Source: the human T2T-CHM13v2.0 reference genome, Homo sapiens. From it: a stretch of DNA of 64,000 bases. The notes under the pieces were generated by a model. The model made no database searches and was not told the origin of the DNA. It saw only the letters and a program-made list of their open reading frames with translations. Where the stretch lies: assembly GCF_009914755.1 (NCBI RefSeq), contig NC_060945.1. One strand, 5' to 3'. This document shows, in pieces, positions 11,845-27,470 of the stretch (positions are counted from its first letter, which is position 1; each line of letters opens with the position of its first letter). Position numbers and translations under genes: made by a program.

Positions 11845-13855
11845 GTGTTTTTGTTTTTTTTTAATATCTCTTCTGTCCTGCCACGTCCTGAAAAAATCTT
11901 GGTCGGGTCTATTTTACATTAGCTTTTTGGCTATGAAAGAAAGCTTTTTAACTCTGTGCCTGTTTAGGTACTTCTGAATATGGATTTCCTTATGTATTAT
12001 GATTAGACCAACTTTTTAATACTCTGAATGTTTGCTAGTGATAAGAATAGTGATGCCACTGTCAGCCTTGTTATAAGAAACTTAGGTCTGAGTAAGTGGA
12101 CTTGCTAAAGTTTAACCTCCGAATTAGGAAGTTACCAACCCAGTCATAGGAACTCTTTCAACCACAGGCCATCATCCCACGTGAACGTCTACCCAATAAG
12201 AATGCAGTATGAAAAAGTTAATAGGCAAAGTTGATCTGGAAAAAAAAATGCAATGGGCTACACTACACTAACTTGAGTCCTTCTTCAAATTGACTTTAAT
12301 GGTTAAAACTAGTTTCTACTATAGAAAATCCCCAAATAATAGTGGCTTACGGAGAGAAGATTCTGTTGTGTAAAAATGAAATTCAGAGGAAAGCAATACA
12401 AAGTTACTATGATAAGCAAAAATAAAAGCCAGAAGATAAAAACAAAATATTTTCAAAGTACTCGTTGCTTGTATATATGTGTAGAGGTGGGAGGGTCATA
12501 TTATAATTACAATTATGGGATTAGTGTAAGTTTTTTCATTTATTTTAAAAGACATTAAAATTTCTTTTTTTGTAAAAATTTTGTCGGTATCAAAGTACCC
12601 TTAGGGTTTTATTGAAGTAATACTTTTGTATTATAAAAATTTTTTCTTAATAGTTGTTTCATTGCTTCATAATAATGGTGTCCCTACTTGCCGTAACTTT
12701 ATCACCCTTTTTTGCTTTTGAAATGTCTCTTAATCACCTTGTTTATTCAATAGATATAAAAATGTTTATTAGAATATAAAACATGTTGAAAAGTACAACT
12801 CGGTGAATTTTTTTTTGAGTGATACTTTCCTTATTTACATGGCCTTTAAGGAATGTGAAGAGGAAGAATTATTTATCAACATGGTATTAATGAAATCTTG
12901 TTCCCTAAAGGTATACGCAGGCCTAAATCGTTAATGCAAAAAATATACTTCTCCATGCATCTTGTTAAATTCAAGACAGCGGTCCAACATTTCCATGCTT
13001 AGCCAAAGAAGACTCTTTTCCTCTTGGTTGTGTACATTTGTAGCCTGAGTTTTAAGTGCCACATCTTTCAAGTCAGTTACACATCCTGCCTTTAGGCTCT
13101 CAGACTTGTACTTCCAACTCTGGGTTATCACAGTGTGTGTTTACCCATGTGACCACCAACTAGGCCAAGAGGTAGAACAGGAGTACTCCAGAAGTACCTT
13201 TTTTCCGCCTTCCCATCACTACAGTCTGTCCGTACCCAAAAGTAGCCATTATCTGGACTTCTAACAACATACGTTAGTTTTCTTGTTGGCCTTTATACAC
13301 TTGGCATCTTTTACTCTAGGTCCTTTTTTGTCTGACTGCTTTTACTCAACAGTGTGTTTGGAGCTTCATCCATGTTATACAGTTGTCATTTCTTCCCTCT
13401 CATGGTATTTTGTTGTATGACTATAATTTTTTTCTATCCTTCTGTTGATGGACATGCTAAAAAGGTATTGCCTGTTTATATGCAGGGCATTGTCCTAAAT
13501 CCAGGGATGTAGCTGGGATAATGATGGACTGAGTTCCTACCTTAATGAACCTCATTTTCTGCTAGGGAAAGAAACATTAATTAGAGTTATTAGTATGATA
13601 AAGAACCAGTGTAATGTGGAAAAAGAACATAAAATAAGAAAACAGAGCTAGTACCTAGAGGGCTTCTTAGAAAAAGTGACTTGTAAACTAGTAATACATA
13701 ATCCAAAATGTAGAATGTAAATGTTTTTCTCTCACTTCCTAATTCTCACTCCACAGTGAGCATCTATTCATTGTTTCTTGTATATCCTAGAGAGATAGAT
13801 GAGACTGGCTTACATTCAGGCATTCATCCTGTATTTATAATTTAAATAAAAGTAG

Positions 13856-14171
<316 letters not shown>

Positions 14172-14454
14172 AGAAGTATACTCTATTTGCTTCTTTTTCT
14201 TGAGTTTATTTTTCATGTATATGTAATTATTCATATCAGGATTTGTAGATTTATCTCAGTATTTTTCCTTTGTTTCCTAGGGTTTATCAAAATTTATTTA
14301 AATATTCTCCTAGAATAGGGTATTCATGTTACAACAAATTTGAAGAAAGTTAATACATTTCCACCCACCATAGAGGCTGATGGGAGCAGTATGTCAGCAC
14401 ACTGATAACTTACTCATACTCTAATTTAGGAAACTGTCTCCTACTAGCTGTTAC

Positions 14455-14655
14455 CAGCAAGGTCTCCATAGTCCTAGGTTTAAATCCTAACATTATCATT
14501 TAATAATTGTGACCTCAGGCAATTTATTAAATTATCAGAACCAGTTTATTCACTTATATGAGAAGTTATCTTGAGAATTAAATGAGATAATTCACGTGGA
14601 ACTCTTCAGGCAGTGTCTGTCACATAAAGAACACCTAAGTTGTTACCTATTCTTA
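14455..14655 (+). mobile_element. MIR
   Basis: cctaggtttaaatcct...gtgacctcaggcaattt...gagaattaaatgagataa. Confidence 0.65.
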
Positions 14656-16573
14656 TTAAATTTATCAGCATTGTTGTTGCTGAATATTTGAGTTATTTTC
14701 AATATCGTGAACATTTTTGTGCATATATTATTGAACACTTGCGTGAACATAGCAGAGTTGACAAGTCAAAGTGCTTGCAAATTTTAAATACTAGTATTAT
14801 CAAATTGCCTACATGTAGTTATATTGATTTATTCTACTATTGATATTTGCCTAAAAAAAGACATTAAAAATGTAATCTCATATTTCAAAATGTATTTCTT
14901 TGATCTTTGTGAGGGTCAGTTTTTTTCATAAATATTTTGGCAATTGGTATTTATGTTGACTGTCATTCATCTTTATACGTTTATTACACTGAGTTTCTTT
15001 TAGTTAAGTGAACATTGATCTTCTAAGACAATTGATTCATCTGTAATTTGCAAATTATATTTTGTGGTTTATAATTTGTCTTTTAAATTTATTTTTTGTG
15101 TCTTACTATACATAATTTTTTAGATCTTATAAAATACAGCAACTCTTTTTATAGATTTGGTCCTGTGATCACTTATAAAATTATGCAAAATTTTAATTCT
15201 GCTGCTTTCATGGTTTTATAATACTTTTTGTTTTGATTACAGGATAGAAGATTTTAGTTTTCTCTGAATAGTAAAATATCCAGATAGTCTAAACATAAAA
15301 TACTGACTAATGCCTCCTTTTCACGCTGACTTGACACATATACTAAATCATACCTATACTAAATCCCTTATCAGGGATTTATACTTAATGATATACTAAA
15401 TCCCTACTTATAAGTAGCTCTAACTGGGTCTCTGTATTCCACTGATCTAGTTTTCTGTTTTTGGACAATACACTGAATACCAGTGATCTTATTGTAGATC
15501 GTTTGTAATACACTTTCACATTTTGTTAGAAGAACACTTAGTAATTTTTGTTCTTTTATAAACAGGAAGTTTGGCAAGCCTCATTTTTCTTCTGATGATT
15601 TTTAAAATCAATTGCCACTTCCTTTCCAAATCCTTTTAGAATTGTATTTATGTATTAATTTAACATGAAGCAGATAATTTTTTTTTTAGTATTTTGAGTC
15701 TTGCCCAAAAGGAACATGATACGCCTTTTCACTTTTATTGTCTTCTGTTGTGTTCTTTAGTGAGGTTTTATAATTTTATTTCATAATAGTCTTATGTCCT
15801 TTTGTTTAATTTATTCCTACATAATTTTTTTTGCCTTTATGAATAGGGTCATTTACTTCCATTTTTTTTTTAACCAGGTTATTGAAAGGGTAGGTAACGG
15901 GATAATTAATTTTACATGTTTATGTTGTATTTAGTTAACTTTATTGAACTCTTTGTTTTCTAATGGTTTTTCATTTTATTTTCTTGATTATTTCAGTAAA
16001 CTGTCTCCCAAAAATTATTTTCTATATCTTTATTTCTTATTTCATTTCTGGTTTTATTGCGGTGATCAGAAATTTTTATTACATATTCTCAATATTGAAA
16101 TAATGGTAGTAGGTGCCTTTGTCTAGTTTCTGATTTTAATGTCTCCAGTGTTTTAGTATTATGTATAATGTGTAGTTTTGGTTCCGCTTTATGAATTTTA
16201 AAATACTCTCAAATTAGTAGATAAGGGTTTCCAGCTAAACTGATTGGTATTGAAATTTAGAAATTTTATAATATACCTATTAAGATGCTGAATAGATTTC
16301 TCCTTCTTAATACTTGTAAACCCTTAATTCTTAATAATTGTAAAGGTGTTAACTTTGATCTATGTTTAAAAAAATTATTGTAAACACTTTTTGTTATCTC
16401 ATATATTTTTTGTACACCACACTGTTTGTTTACCAAAAGTGGGTGTGGGTGTTGGCATCTGGGTACATAGACAAAATTGATCTATAGTTTCTTTCTTTAT
16501 ATTTGTCAATTTTGGATATACAAATTATATATATATAATATATCTATATTATATAGCCTTTTATAACCATTAA

Positions 16574-16895
<322 letters not shown>

Positions 16896-17354
16896 GCTTT
16901 CTCTTGTTTTTCTGGCTCTGTGGCAGTTTAGATATCACAGAAATTATCTGATCCTTGAAGATTTGACATAACAGCCCAGCTCGAAAACATCGTGGGCTTG
17001 ATATCTTTCGTGTTACCAGATTTCTAGGGCAAACTTTTAAGTTTTACAGAGTCTGTTCAGTTTTTCTGCCTCTGAAAGCAGTTCTGGTAGTTTATATTTT
17101 TCTAGATTATTATCTGTTGGGATACTGTAGTCTATTAACAAAGTTATATGTGTTATTCTTCAAGAAATTTTAAAACATTTTTTCTGTATTATCACCTTTC
17201 TTATTTCTACCGATGAGTTTTCTTCCCCTTTTTGGTCTTCCATCCAACTTTTTGGAAAGAAAAAGCCTTTGACTATCAAATTGTTACATTATATTTTATT
17301 TCTCCTACTTTATATTTTATTTTTCTAAATTCTTGAAATCTTTTCTATATTTAA

Positions 17355-17871
<517 letters not shown>

Positions 17872-18354
17872 TAACAGCCCAATAGGTTTTGATATCTGAT
17901 ATTCCCATATTAGTATAGTTTTTTATTTCTTTGGCTCAAGAATAATTTAGAGCCATATTTTAAATTTTCTAAGTATTTAGGTTGGAAGATATCTCTATTT
18001 ATAATTCCTATTTGTATTACAGTGTGGTCAAAGAATATGGCCAATATTATTTCAGTCCTCTGGAATTTGAAGTAAGTTTTCTTCATTTCTTGGCACTGTC
18101 AGTTTTTAAAAAATAGCCCATAAGCATTTTAAAATACACATAAACTCTCTTAACCAACTTTATTTTAGAGATAAGAGCAATCAGACTTAGAAGATTATGT
18201 GCCTTATTCTATGTCACAATTAATTATAAATGATGTATCTAGCTTTTTGAATTTTAATCTCATCAGTTTCCCATTAGATTTAACTGCCTCCAGAATATAA
18301 ATGTTTATATTTTTGGTATCCACATACTCACATATATATATATTTGGTATCTTC

Positions 18355-18398
<44 letters not shown>
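18355..18398. repeat. (TA)n(GA)n microsatellite
   Basis: Read directly from the sequence. Confidence 0.9.
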
Positions 18399-19053
18399 TT
18401 TACATAAAAAATTAAGTCCATAAGAAGTTATAAATTTAGAATATGGTTTTACAGTATTACTTAGAAAAGTAGAAAAAAGTCTAGGTAGAAATTATTTGCA
18501 TCTTTAGAACTGAACAAGGTCTCAAAAGCATGACTTAAACTAATTTTGCTGATGGGTCATCTGTAGGTAGATGGGGAATGAACAAGAAAGGATATCACAC
18601 ATATGGAGAACTTAAGAAACAAAGGCATGTGTGCATTTGTGAGGAGACAAGCCTAACCTAGATAGGAGGGAGATCCTTGTTGCAGGATGATAGGAAATAA
18701 GATTGAATAAATGGCATTAAGCCTGATTAAAGGTCTAGTGAAAAAGTTAAAAAAGTTAAAAAAATTAAATAGCAGTTCTGTCATCTAATGACTAGTATCA
18801 CATTTCATTTTGCACATGCGTGGTGATTTCATTGCAGTGTCTGTGATAATTAACTTAAAATAATTAGCATAGACCGCCAAAAAATATGGGCAAATATAAT
18901 TCTAGAACAGGATTCTGAGGAGGTAGTATGAGACAAATATAATGTTAATTTACTCATAATGGCAGATTGTGTAGAACTCTGCTAAATATACTAGCATGGA
19001 ACATCTGTTGAGAATTTGAATAAATATGATTCCAGTATATTTTAAAAGCCAAA

Positions 19054-19260
19054 AATTTCTTAAGGAAGTGTGTAAAAAATAGTTAAGGAATGCATTTATG
19101 CTAGTGAAAATGTTTTTTTGTATGTTTGAAAAACAGCTTCTAGAAATTTAGAAGGTAATTTCTTAAGAAGGAAGTGTATAAAAAATAGTTAAGAATTGCA
19201 TTTATGGTGGTAAAAATGTTTTCTTGTGTGATTGAAAAACAGCTCCTAGAAATTTAGAAG
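19054..19260. repeat. Diverged ~103-bp tandem duplication
   Basis: Units 19054-19154 and 19157-19260, both aatttcttaag...ctagaaatttagaag. Confidence 0.9.
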
Positions 19261-19617
19261 TGTCTTTCTACCTCTGCTGGTTTAAACACCTATATACTGA
19301 AAAATACTGTGACTTTGGCAATTTGCTTGTGAAAATTAGGAGAGTCTTAAATTCAGCAAAATCAAGAGGTGAACATATAATCTTAGAGTATAAGAGGTTA
19401 TATATTTCAGTTCTATAATAGAAATCTGCTATTTATTAAAACAGCTTCTATTTTGAAAGTAGGTAGGGGAATGATGACCATTTAGTGGAATCACTCCGTG
19501 CATGTAAACCTGCAATATTAATTTAAGAGACTCAGTACAAATTTGTTTTATTTTGGTCATGCTATTTTGTACTAAAGTATGATATACGAAATATTTGAAT
19601 ATTCTAAAAGTCTATTA

Positions 19618-19849
19618 CAGGTTGAGTATCCCAAATCCAGAATTCAAAATCTGAAATATTGCAAAATCCAAAACATTTTGAGTGCCAACATGATACTCAA
19701 AGGAAATGTTCATTGGAGTATCATGGATTTTGGATTTTTGGATTCGGAATGCTCAACCAGCATAATGCAAACATTCCAAAATCTGAAAAAAATCTAAAAT
19801 TGGAAACACTTCTGGTCCCAGGTATTTCAGATTAGGGATACTCAACCTG
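19618..19849 (+). mobile_element. Tigger4a/MER46A-type TcMar MITE
   Basis: TIR CAGGTTGAGTATCCC...GGGATACTCAACCTG with TA TSD on both sides. Confidence 0.9.
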
Positions 19850-21144
19850 TAGCCTGTGACAATCATTATCGAAGGTTCATATCAACAAGAACAGTAATTG
19901 AATTGTTAATGTTTTAGATTTATTCTCAAATTCTTCCTACTTTGATTATTATGTTTGGTCTCCCCCCTTCCCCGTTTTTTTTTTTTTTTCCGAATTTGGA
20001 TAATAGGAAGATTTTTAAAGAGCTCTAAGAGAAGCTTATGTGTGCTACCTAGGCACACAGTAAGCGTTGATAATCTTAAATATTAAAATACAGTTGATAT
20101 TTATGGCTGTTATTTATTCACATAAGACTTTGGAATGACATGTATATCCTCAAAAAAAAAAAAGTCAGTTTTTTCAAGGGAAAAGTATTTTAAAATAATT
20201 TGTTCTCTTATTCTATTTATAATCTTATGCTGCATAGAAAGAACATATTAGCCTTCCTTTTTAATGAGTATGATATTACATAACTAGAATATTTCATTTA
20301 ATGTTTATCAGTTATTTTTTCTCCCATCTGTACAATACAACCATATAGATCATAACATCTAGACGTCAAAGAATTACTTAAGAAAGGCATGCATTTTTTA
20401 AATTAAAAAAACTTTTTAATTGAATGGATTTTTTGTAATCTTGCCTGAAGCCCAAAATGTTTATGCTTATTAGAGCTAGAATTTACATATAAGTATAATA
20501 TAAATGAATATAAAAAGCTTTATCTTAATCATATGGTCCTCTTGTACATAGCAATATGTACAATATGTGTAAATCTATACATATTTCTATATGGTCAGAT
20601 ATTTTCTAGATTTTGCTTGTATATTAAAACATGCATTAGTATTTGTTATTTCCCATTATTATTTGTATATTATGAGGTATTTTTGTTTATAAAGAAAAAC
20701 TAAGTTTAAACCTTAAGGTAATAATAGTGATAATATATTATCATTATTATTCTTACATTAATAAAATGTACGTACTGTTGGAGCAATAAATACTTCTTTT
20801 TGTGATAATTATAACCCCGGGGCTTGATGTTGCATTCCTTATTTGTGGGCTATTCAGCTAAAAGTTAATTGCAATAATACGACTATGCATTTAAGAACAA
20901 TTTTCTTTCAGATTTGAGTATTGTTGGGAGCTATATATCAACTCTAGAATTTTAGTGTTCAAACTGATGCTTAGAAAGGTAAAACAGAACGGGAAAACTT
21001 ACCATCTCCATCTTATGATGTCTGTGAATAGACTTTGACTAGGCTCTGATAAATTTTACAGAATTACTCACATTGTAAGTTTAGACATATTTTACCGCTT
21101 TCATGTGTGGAAGCAAAAAGAACGTTTATATAGTGAAGGGATAA

Positions 21145-21483
<339 letters not shown>

Positions 21484-21670
21484 TCAGAAAATTCCTTGAG
21501 TCTATGGAACATGGGACTGTGTTCTTAGTTGTACTGCCTTGTTTGTGATACTTTAAAAGCCAAAAAAAAAAAAAAGATTTAAATGCAAGAAGAATTAAAC
21601 TCATAATATTGAAGGATTTTTTGGTGTTCAAATAATTAACCAAAATTATCATTTTCATTGCATTTTCCAG

Positions 21671-21849
21671 GCAATTAAGTTGGAATATGCAAGGTTGGTT
21701 AAGTTGGCCCAAGAAGACACCCCACCAGAAACCGATTATCGTTTACATCATGTAGTGGTCTACTTTATCCAGAACCAGGCACCAAAGAAAATTATTGAGA
21801 AAACATTACTAGAACAATTTGGAGATAGAAATTTGAGTTTTGATGAAAG
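21671..21849 (+). CDS. USP25: USP25 internal exon, [59 protein letters not shown](R)
   Basis: Bounded by cattttccag| and AAG|gtaatt. 179 nt, phase 0-2, open frame, recognisable USP25 C-terminal region. Confidence 0.96.
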
Positions 21850-22119
21850 GTAATTTGAAAGTATAAAATTCATATGCTCAAATCGTTCTTTTTTTTTTTC
21901 CTGCAGATTCCCAGGATAATTTTTTGAGTATTTATTTTATATATGCATGGGCACATATTTTAATAAATACGTAACAAAATTTGAACTCAATGTGACTAGT
22001 TGCTGGAGTCTGTGGCCTTTTGAAGTTTGAACTGAAAATAACTTAGATCATTTTAATAAATTTTAATTGTGAATCAAGTAATCACTGCACTTATTACACT
22101 CAATATTTTAGAAACAAAA

Positions 22120-22332
22120 ATGGGCTTCTCAACCTCTGTACTATATAGACAGTTTAAATTAGATAAATCTTTGTTGTTGGGGCTGTCCTATGATTGTAGG
22201 ATATTTAATAATATCCCTCATCTCTTCGTTAGATGACAGTAGCAGCTCCCAAGTTGTGGCATACCAAAATATCTCCAGGTATTGCCAAATAACTCCTAGG
22301 GGAGCAAAGTCACCCTTATTAGAGAATCACTG
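22120..22332 (+). mobile_element. MER20 (hAT-Charlie)
   Basis: ttctcaacct...ggggctgtcctatgattgtagg...cccaagttgtg...gagaatcactg. Confidence 0.75.
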
Positions 22333-23668
22333 GAGAAAAGTTTTCAGTCTTGCAGATAAAATAATTAAACATTCTTTGACATAAAGAGGAGGCTTAGAAG
22401 GGTTAAATTAGATTCACGCAGACATATTTTCTCTGGAAAGAGAAAATATTCTATAGAAATTTCTGTAGAATTTCTGTAGAATATAGAAAATATTCTATAG
22501 AATATTTCCAGAGAATGTTTTCTCTAGATTATATTAGTAGTTTTATAAAGAATTATTCAGAAAGTCCTATTAAACTACTAATGTTAAAAATCACAATTTA
22601 ATTAGAATGAGTGACACTAGAAAATAATTTCAGGGCCCATGTGAAATTTTAGAGTATTGAAAGTTATTTTCATATATAAAAACATTTATGCTGTTGCAGT
22701 TCATTGTAATTTTAATTCTGAAATGATCATCCTTTTATGAGTGTCTCAAAAATACTGAGTTAAAAGTGTATAGCAAAGAATATGAGGGGAGGCAAAGCAT
22801 CTGGATTGATCCTACCTTATTAGATATGTGCCGTGAAATGTAGGATTCTGTGCATAATACAAATAAATAGTTGTGAACAATATCTGATAGGTGGTTGAAT
22901 GCTCAGTGAATGTTGGCCACTACTGTTTATATTAGTAGCAGTGTGGACATCATTTATTTTGATACATGCGACTGCAGAGAGTTCAGAAACAGGGTTGTTG
23001 TGACCCTCGTTATCTGTGCTATCAGTGTACTGAGTTCCATTGGATCTATGCTGTTTAATTTGGAGAAGATATTAATGGAGTAATCACATTGACTTTTCAG
23101 TCTTTTGCAGTTCTCTGACTATAACTAGTTAATCTGTTTTGATAACCTGACTTGTGCTTGAAAGACAGAGTTATGCACATGTGAATAAATACATTTCGTG
23201 AGGATTTCTTTATCACTGATTCTGATCATAAAATCCAGTGGGATGTTTCCATTTTTACCTGAGATGATAGGCACGTTTTAGACTCTTTAGTATTTAAGAA
23301 TAAATAATACCATGTGGGGGGAAAAGAAGATGCAGTGTCTCTTGAGCTTGCTTAATAGATGCACATTATTTTTTAAAAGTTTCATTTTTTTCCTATGCAA
23401 ACTGTGTTAATTAGAATGTAATTTAAAAGCCATATATCAATACAACACAGTAAATTTGAATTAGAATTATTGCTCCTGTCTTCTTTGTAATTCCCCAACA
23501 TTGGTCCCAAAAATGTTTTTCACTTAAGGTTATTTAGGAGTTGTTTCTATACAAAAGTACTGCTGTTTTTGCTCAGTGTTTATGGATTTTGCTTTTGATT
23601 TACAAATATATATATATATATATACACACACATACACACACGCTCATATGTATGTGTTTTTTTTTAAG

Positions 23669-23747
23669 GTGTCACAACATAATGAAAGTTGCTCAAGCCA
23701 AACTGGAAATGATAAAACCTGAAGAAGTAAACTTGGAGGAATATGAG
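23669..23747 (+). CDS. USP25: USP25 internal exon, (R)[26 protein letters not shown]
   Basis: Bounded by ttttttaag| and GAG|gtaatg. 79 nt, phase 2-0. Inside ORF 23541..23771. Confidence 0.95.
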
Positions 23748-24099
23748 GTAATGTGCTTTCTTAGAGGTTAAACTACAGATTTAGGGATTCTGTAATTCAC
23801 TGATATTCCTTTCGTTTCAGCCCAACTGAAGTTGAATTTGTTATGAATGATGAGTAAAAAAATTAAGTTTCCAAGTCAATGCTCAAGTAATTAATAATTT
23901 TATATGTGATTTTAGGATTAACATGATATGATAGCATGTAGACCAAAAAGTTTAAAATCAAAAAAGGAAGATTTTTGGTTTTTTATTTCAATACTAATTC
24001 TCAAGTACTTTTTAAATGAACTTTTCTAGCTTAAAAACAGAATAACAAATGCATTGTTAATTTTGAAATCAACTTAGAAATTGCTGTTACATAATACCA

Positions 24100-24330
24100 A
24101 CAAGTAATATTTATCAAGACCCTACTATATGCCAGGCATTTGTCTAAGCCCTTTACATATATTAACTGATTTAATTCAGACAGTAACACTGTAAGATAGG
24201 TAGTGTTCTTATTCCCATTTGACACACGAGAAAATAAGGCATAGAGCAGTGAAGTAACCTGCCTAAGGTTTTCACAGCCACAAGTTTACAGCTTGGCTAA
24301 TAGAACCTACATTCTTAACTGTTGCACTAC
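24100..24330 (-). mobile_element. MIR
   Basis: tactatatgccaggca...cccattt...aggcatagagcagtgaagtaacctgcctaagg. Confidence 0.75.
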
Positions 24331-24899
24331 ACTGTGCAACTGTACCCTGTGGGCTGTATTTTTTCCTTCACTTTGATTCATCAGATATATTTTGGGGAAG
24401 TTAATTCATTTTAGTCCCTATATGCCATATATGTTTGTCATGAGACAGTGTTGTGTGTGAGAGAGCACTTACATAGGTACTTGTACATGTGCTTGTGGGA
24501 TTTTTTTGTGCACAAAATTATTTTTTGTCAACTTTGGCTTTAAAATATTCTTTATTTTAATTGATGAATTCATACACCTAGTATTTCTTCACATTTTTAA
24601 ATTTAATCTTATGCATTGTCTTTTTTTTAATTTATAAGTCTAGTAAATTTTAAGTTGTTTTCTTGGGTGCCTTTGCTTAATATTTAGTTCCATTTACAAA
24701 CTTAATTATGGTACTTTAGATTCCCTAAATAATTAGTGTAATTCACTACACAAACAGGGAAGAGGAAAGAGAGAGAAAACACTCATTATTGATGAAAACC
24801 TTAGCTAGTTTGGCGTATAAGGTAACTACCTTAATTCACTAAAGAGTGTCTCTAAAAACAAAAATAGGAAATAATAAAACTGCAGCAAATATATAGAAT

Positions 24900-25600
24900 T
24901 GTGAGCACTGAAAGCTTAAAATTTTTGTTGTCAAAAGCAAGGCAATGAAAATAAGCGAAAAGTAAAATACTGGAAAAGAAGAAACAAAGACATCATTATT
25001 TGTAGTTTTTTTTACCTTGAAATTCAAATAAAATCTACAACTGATGTATTAGAACTAGTAAGACAGCTTTGCAGCATGCAAACTTGTGTCAGACATCAAT
25101 TTTATTCCCTTTTGCCAGTAAAAAAAGTATGAGAAAGTATAAAAGTGAGACCATTTACAATAGTATCTGAAACTATGGAGTATATAGAAATAAATTTAAC
25201 AAAAGGTGCGTGTGACTTCTGTGGGGAAAATTATAAAACTTATTGGGAGACATTAACAAAGACCTAAATAAATGGGCATACATATGGTATTTGGAAAACT
25301 TGATATTATTAATATATAGATATCACTTTTCCCCCAAATGCTTTATAAATTCAGTGCAGGCTGTATGAAAATTCCAGCAAGATGTTTTATGGAGCTTGAT
25401 AAGCCAACTGAAAAATGTTACGGAAATGCAAAGATCCCAGTCCACCTCCCATCTCTGACAAGCAAGTTAGTGAACAGTATAAAGACTTTTTAATAAATGG
25501 TTCTGGGAAATAAATAAAATTTGATTTCTTCTTTATTCCATATGCAAAAATTCATTTCAATTGTGAAAGACTCCTGTGTAAAGCTGTTTAGAAGTCAACA
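24900..25600 (+). mobile_element. Old L1M ORF2 3' fragment
   Basis: ccatttacaatagtatc...aaataaatttaacaaaag...gacctaaataaatgg...aataaatggttctgggaaa. Confidence 0.65.
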
Positions 25601-26010
25601 TAGGTAGAAGCCCAAAGACATTCATTTATCCATAAGAGGCACTCACTGACCAGATATTTTTGACCAGGATATGTAATCTAGAGCCAGAGAAATTCAAAAT
25701 TTGTTTTCTCTTGACCCTGAGGAGCAAGTCAAGTCATCTTTTAGCTAATAATGACTCCAAATCTGTGCCCTCCACATTGATTGAGAGCTCTTCCCTTGTC
25801 CCCAAGATTCGTGTTCATGGAACTTGATTTTTAATTGTGACTTGATTCTGCAATGCTTCCTTCAGTTTGCTTCAACAGATTGGACTCATTATGTTTTTTT
25901 TCATAAAATCTTCTCATATTCTAACTGCAGGGCTGTTAAATCATACAAGTATTTAAATGACTTGTTTTTAGATTCTGCATATTCCTCCTATCTTTGTCTT
26001 GCTCTAAGTT

Positions 26011-26212
26011 CAGGGTTCAGTAAACCATAGCCTGCAGACCAGCTTACCACCTGTTTTTGTAAATAAACTTTTATTGGAACATGGCCATTTGTATACATAT
26101 TGTCTGTGGATACTTTCACACTGCAGTTACAGAGTTGAGTAACTGAAGAAGATGAGGCTTGCAAAGTCTAAAATATTATCTGGCCTTTTACAGAAAAAGT
26201 TTGCCTACTCAC
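26011..26212 (+). mobile_element. MER58A
   Basis: cctgtttttgtaaataaacttttattggaaca...ctggcctttacagaaaaagtttgcc. Confidence 0.85.
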
Positions 26213-26365
26213 AACTTCTAAGGTGATTCTAATGACAACAAGGAATGACAGTTTGAATACCTTCCCCAGAAAAGCTAACTTCATACTTGCAGGACAAATT
26301 TTACCTTTATTTGTTATGAAGATCTACTAATAGCATGAAAATTATGTCTTGAAAATTAAAATTAA

Positions 26366-26667
26366 GACTGGATGTGGTGGCTCATGCTTATAATCCCAGC
26401 ACTTTTGGAAATCAAGGCACAGGGAGTTGTTTGAGGCCAGGAATTTGAGACCGGCCTGGCCAACATAGCAAGACCCTGTCTATACAAAACAGATTAAGTA
26501 ATTAACTGGAACTGGGAGCATGCACCTGTAATTCAAGCTACTTGGGAGACAGAGGTAGGAGGATTGCTGGAGCCCAGAAGGTCAAGTCTGCAGTTAGCCG
26601 TGATCGTGCCACTGCACTGCAGACTGGGCAACTGAGTGAGACCCTGTCTCCAAAAAAAAAAAAAAAA
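26366..26667 (+). mobile_element. AluJ
   Basis: Diverged sense dimer with an A tail. Confidence 0.9.
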
Positions 26668-27470
26668 GTTTATATTCAAGGAGAATATCGTTGGCTAATA
26701 ACTATGTTTCTTATTTTTGTTTATAATGTTTATATAAAAGCCTTAACACTTTTGTTATCAGTATTCACTTTCCAATTTATCCTACATTGAATTTCAGTTA
26801 TTTTTCTTGAGTCAATTATTATAAAGTAAGCTAAGAAAATCTTGACTTTGGTATCACCTTAGAATTATTTAGTCCTATTACATGCCCTATAGTTGTTTTG
26901 GGGGTGGGGAGGGGCATTGAAATGTGAACTGCAGTTATTCTTTTACCATATCTCATGTAAATAAACTATTCGCCTACACACTTAAAGTCAAATTTACCAC
27001 ATATTTGCGAAGTTAAAAGGTTAAATAAATCTAACTTTTTTTAGTTTCTTAAAATTATGTATTAAGTATGTGTCCAAGCTTTGATTCATACTCAGCGTAA
27101 TATTTCATTTTCTTCCATCAGTTGATGTAGATATAATAATAGTTCAATAATATGATTTTATACTGATGAATTTTTGAGATGACCTGATTGATTATCCTGC
27201 CTTTATATTTCTGTTATCTGCTAGTAAAATCTTTATTGTTTAAAACATTTCATATCCATGCCTAATAATTTTTAGATTTAATGTTGTATTAATAAATAGT
27301 CTTGTGTGCCAGAAAGTAAAGTCTTGTTTTAGTTCTGATGTATCTTCATTTTGAACTCTTTATTTCTATTAATTCAGATAGTAGCGAAACAGTGCATTAC
27401 TTTTTGTACAGTTTCATAGTACTTTTTAAATCTTACTCTGAACATTTTTAATATTTTCTTTCACCTACAG

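Noticed and set aside
27378-27420. Possible extra exon after ttctattaattcag
   Set aside because: No good donor, and extension into the real exon hits a stop in the phase-0 frame.
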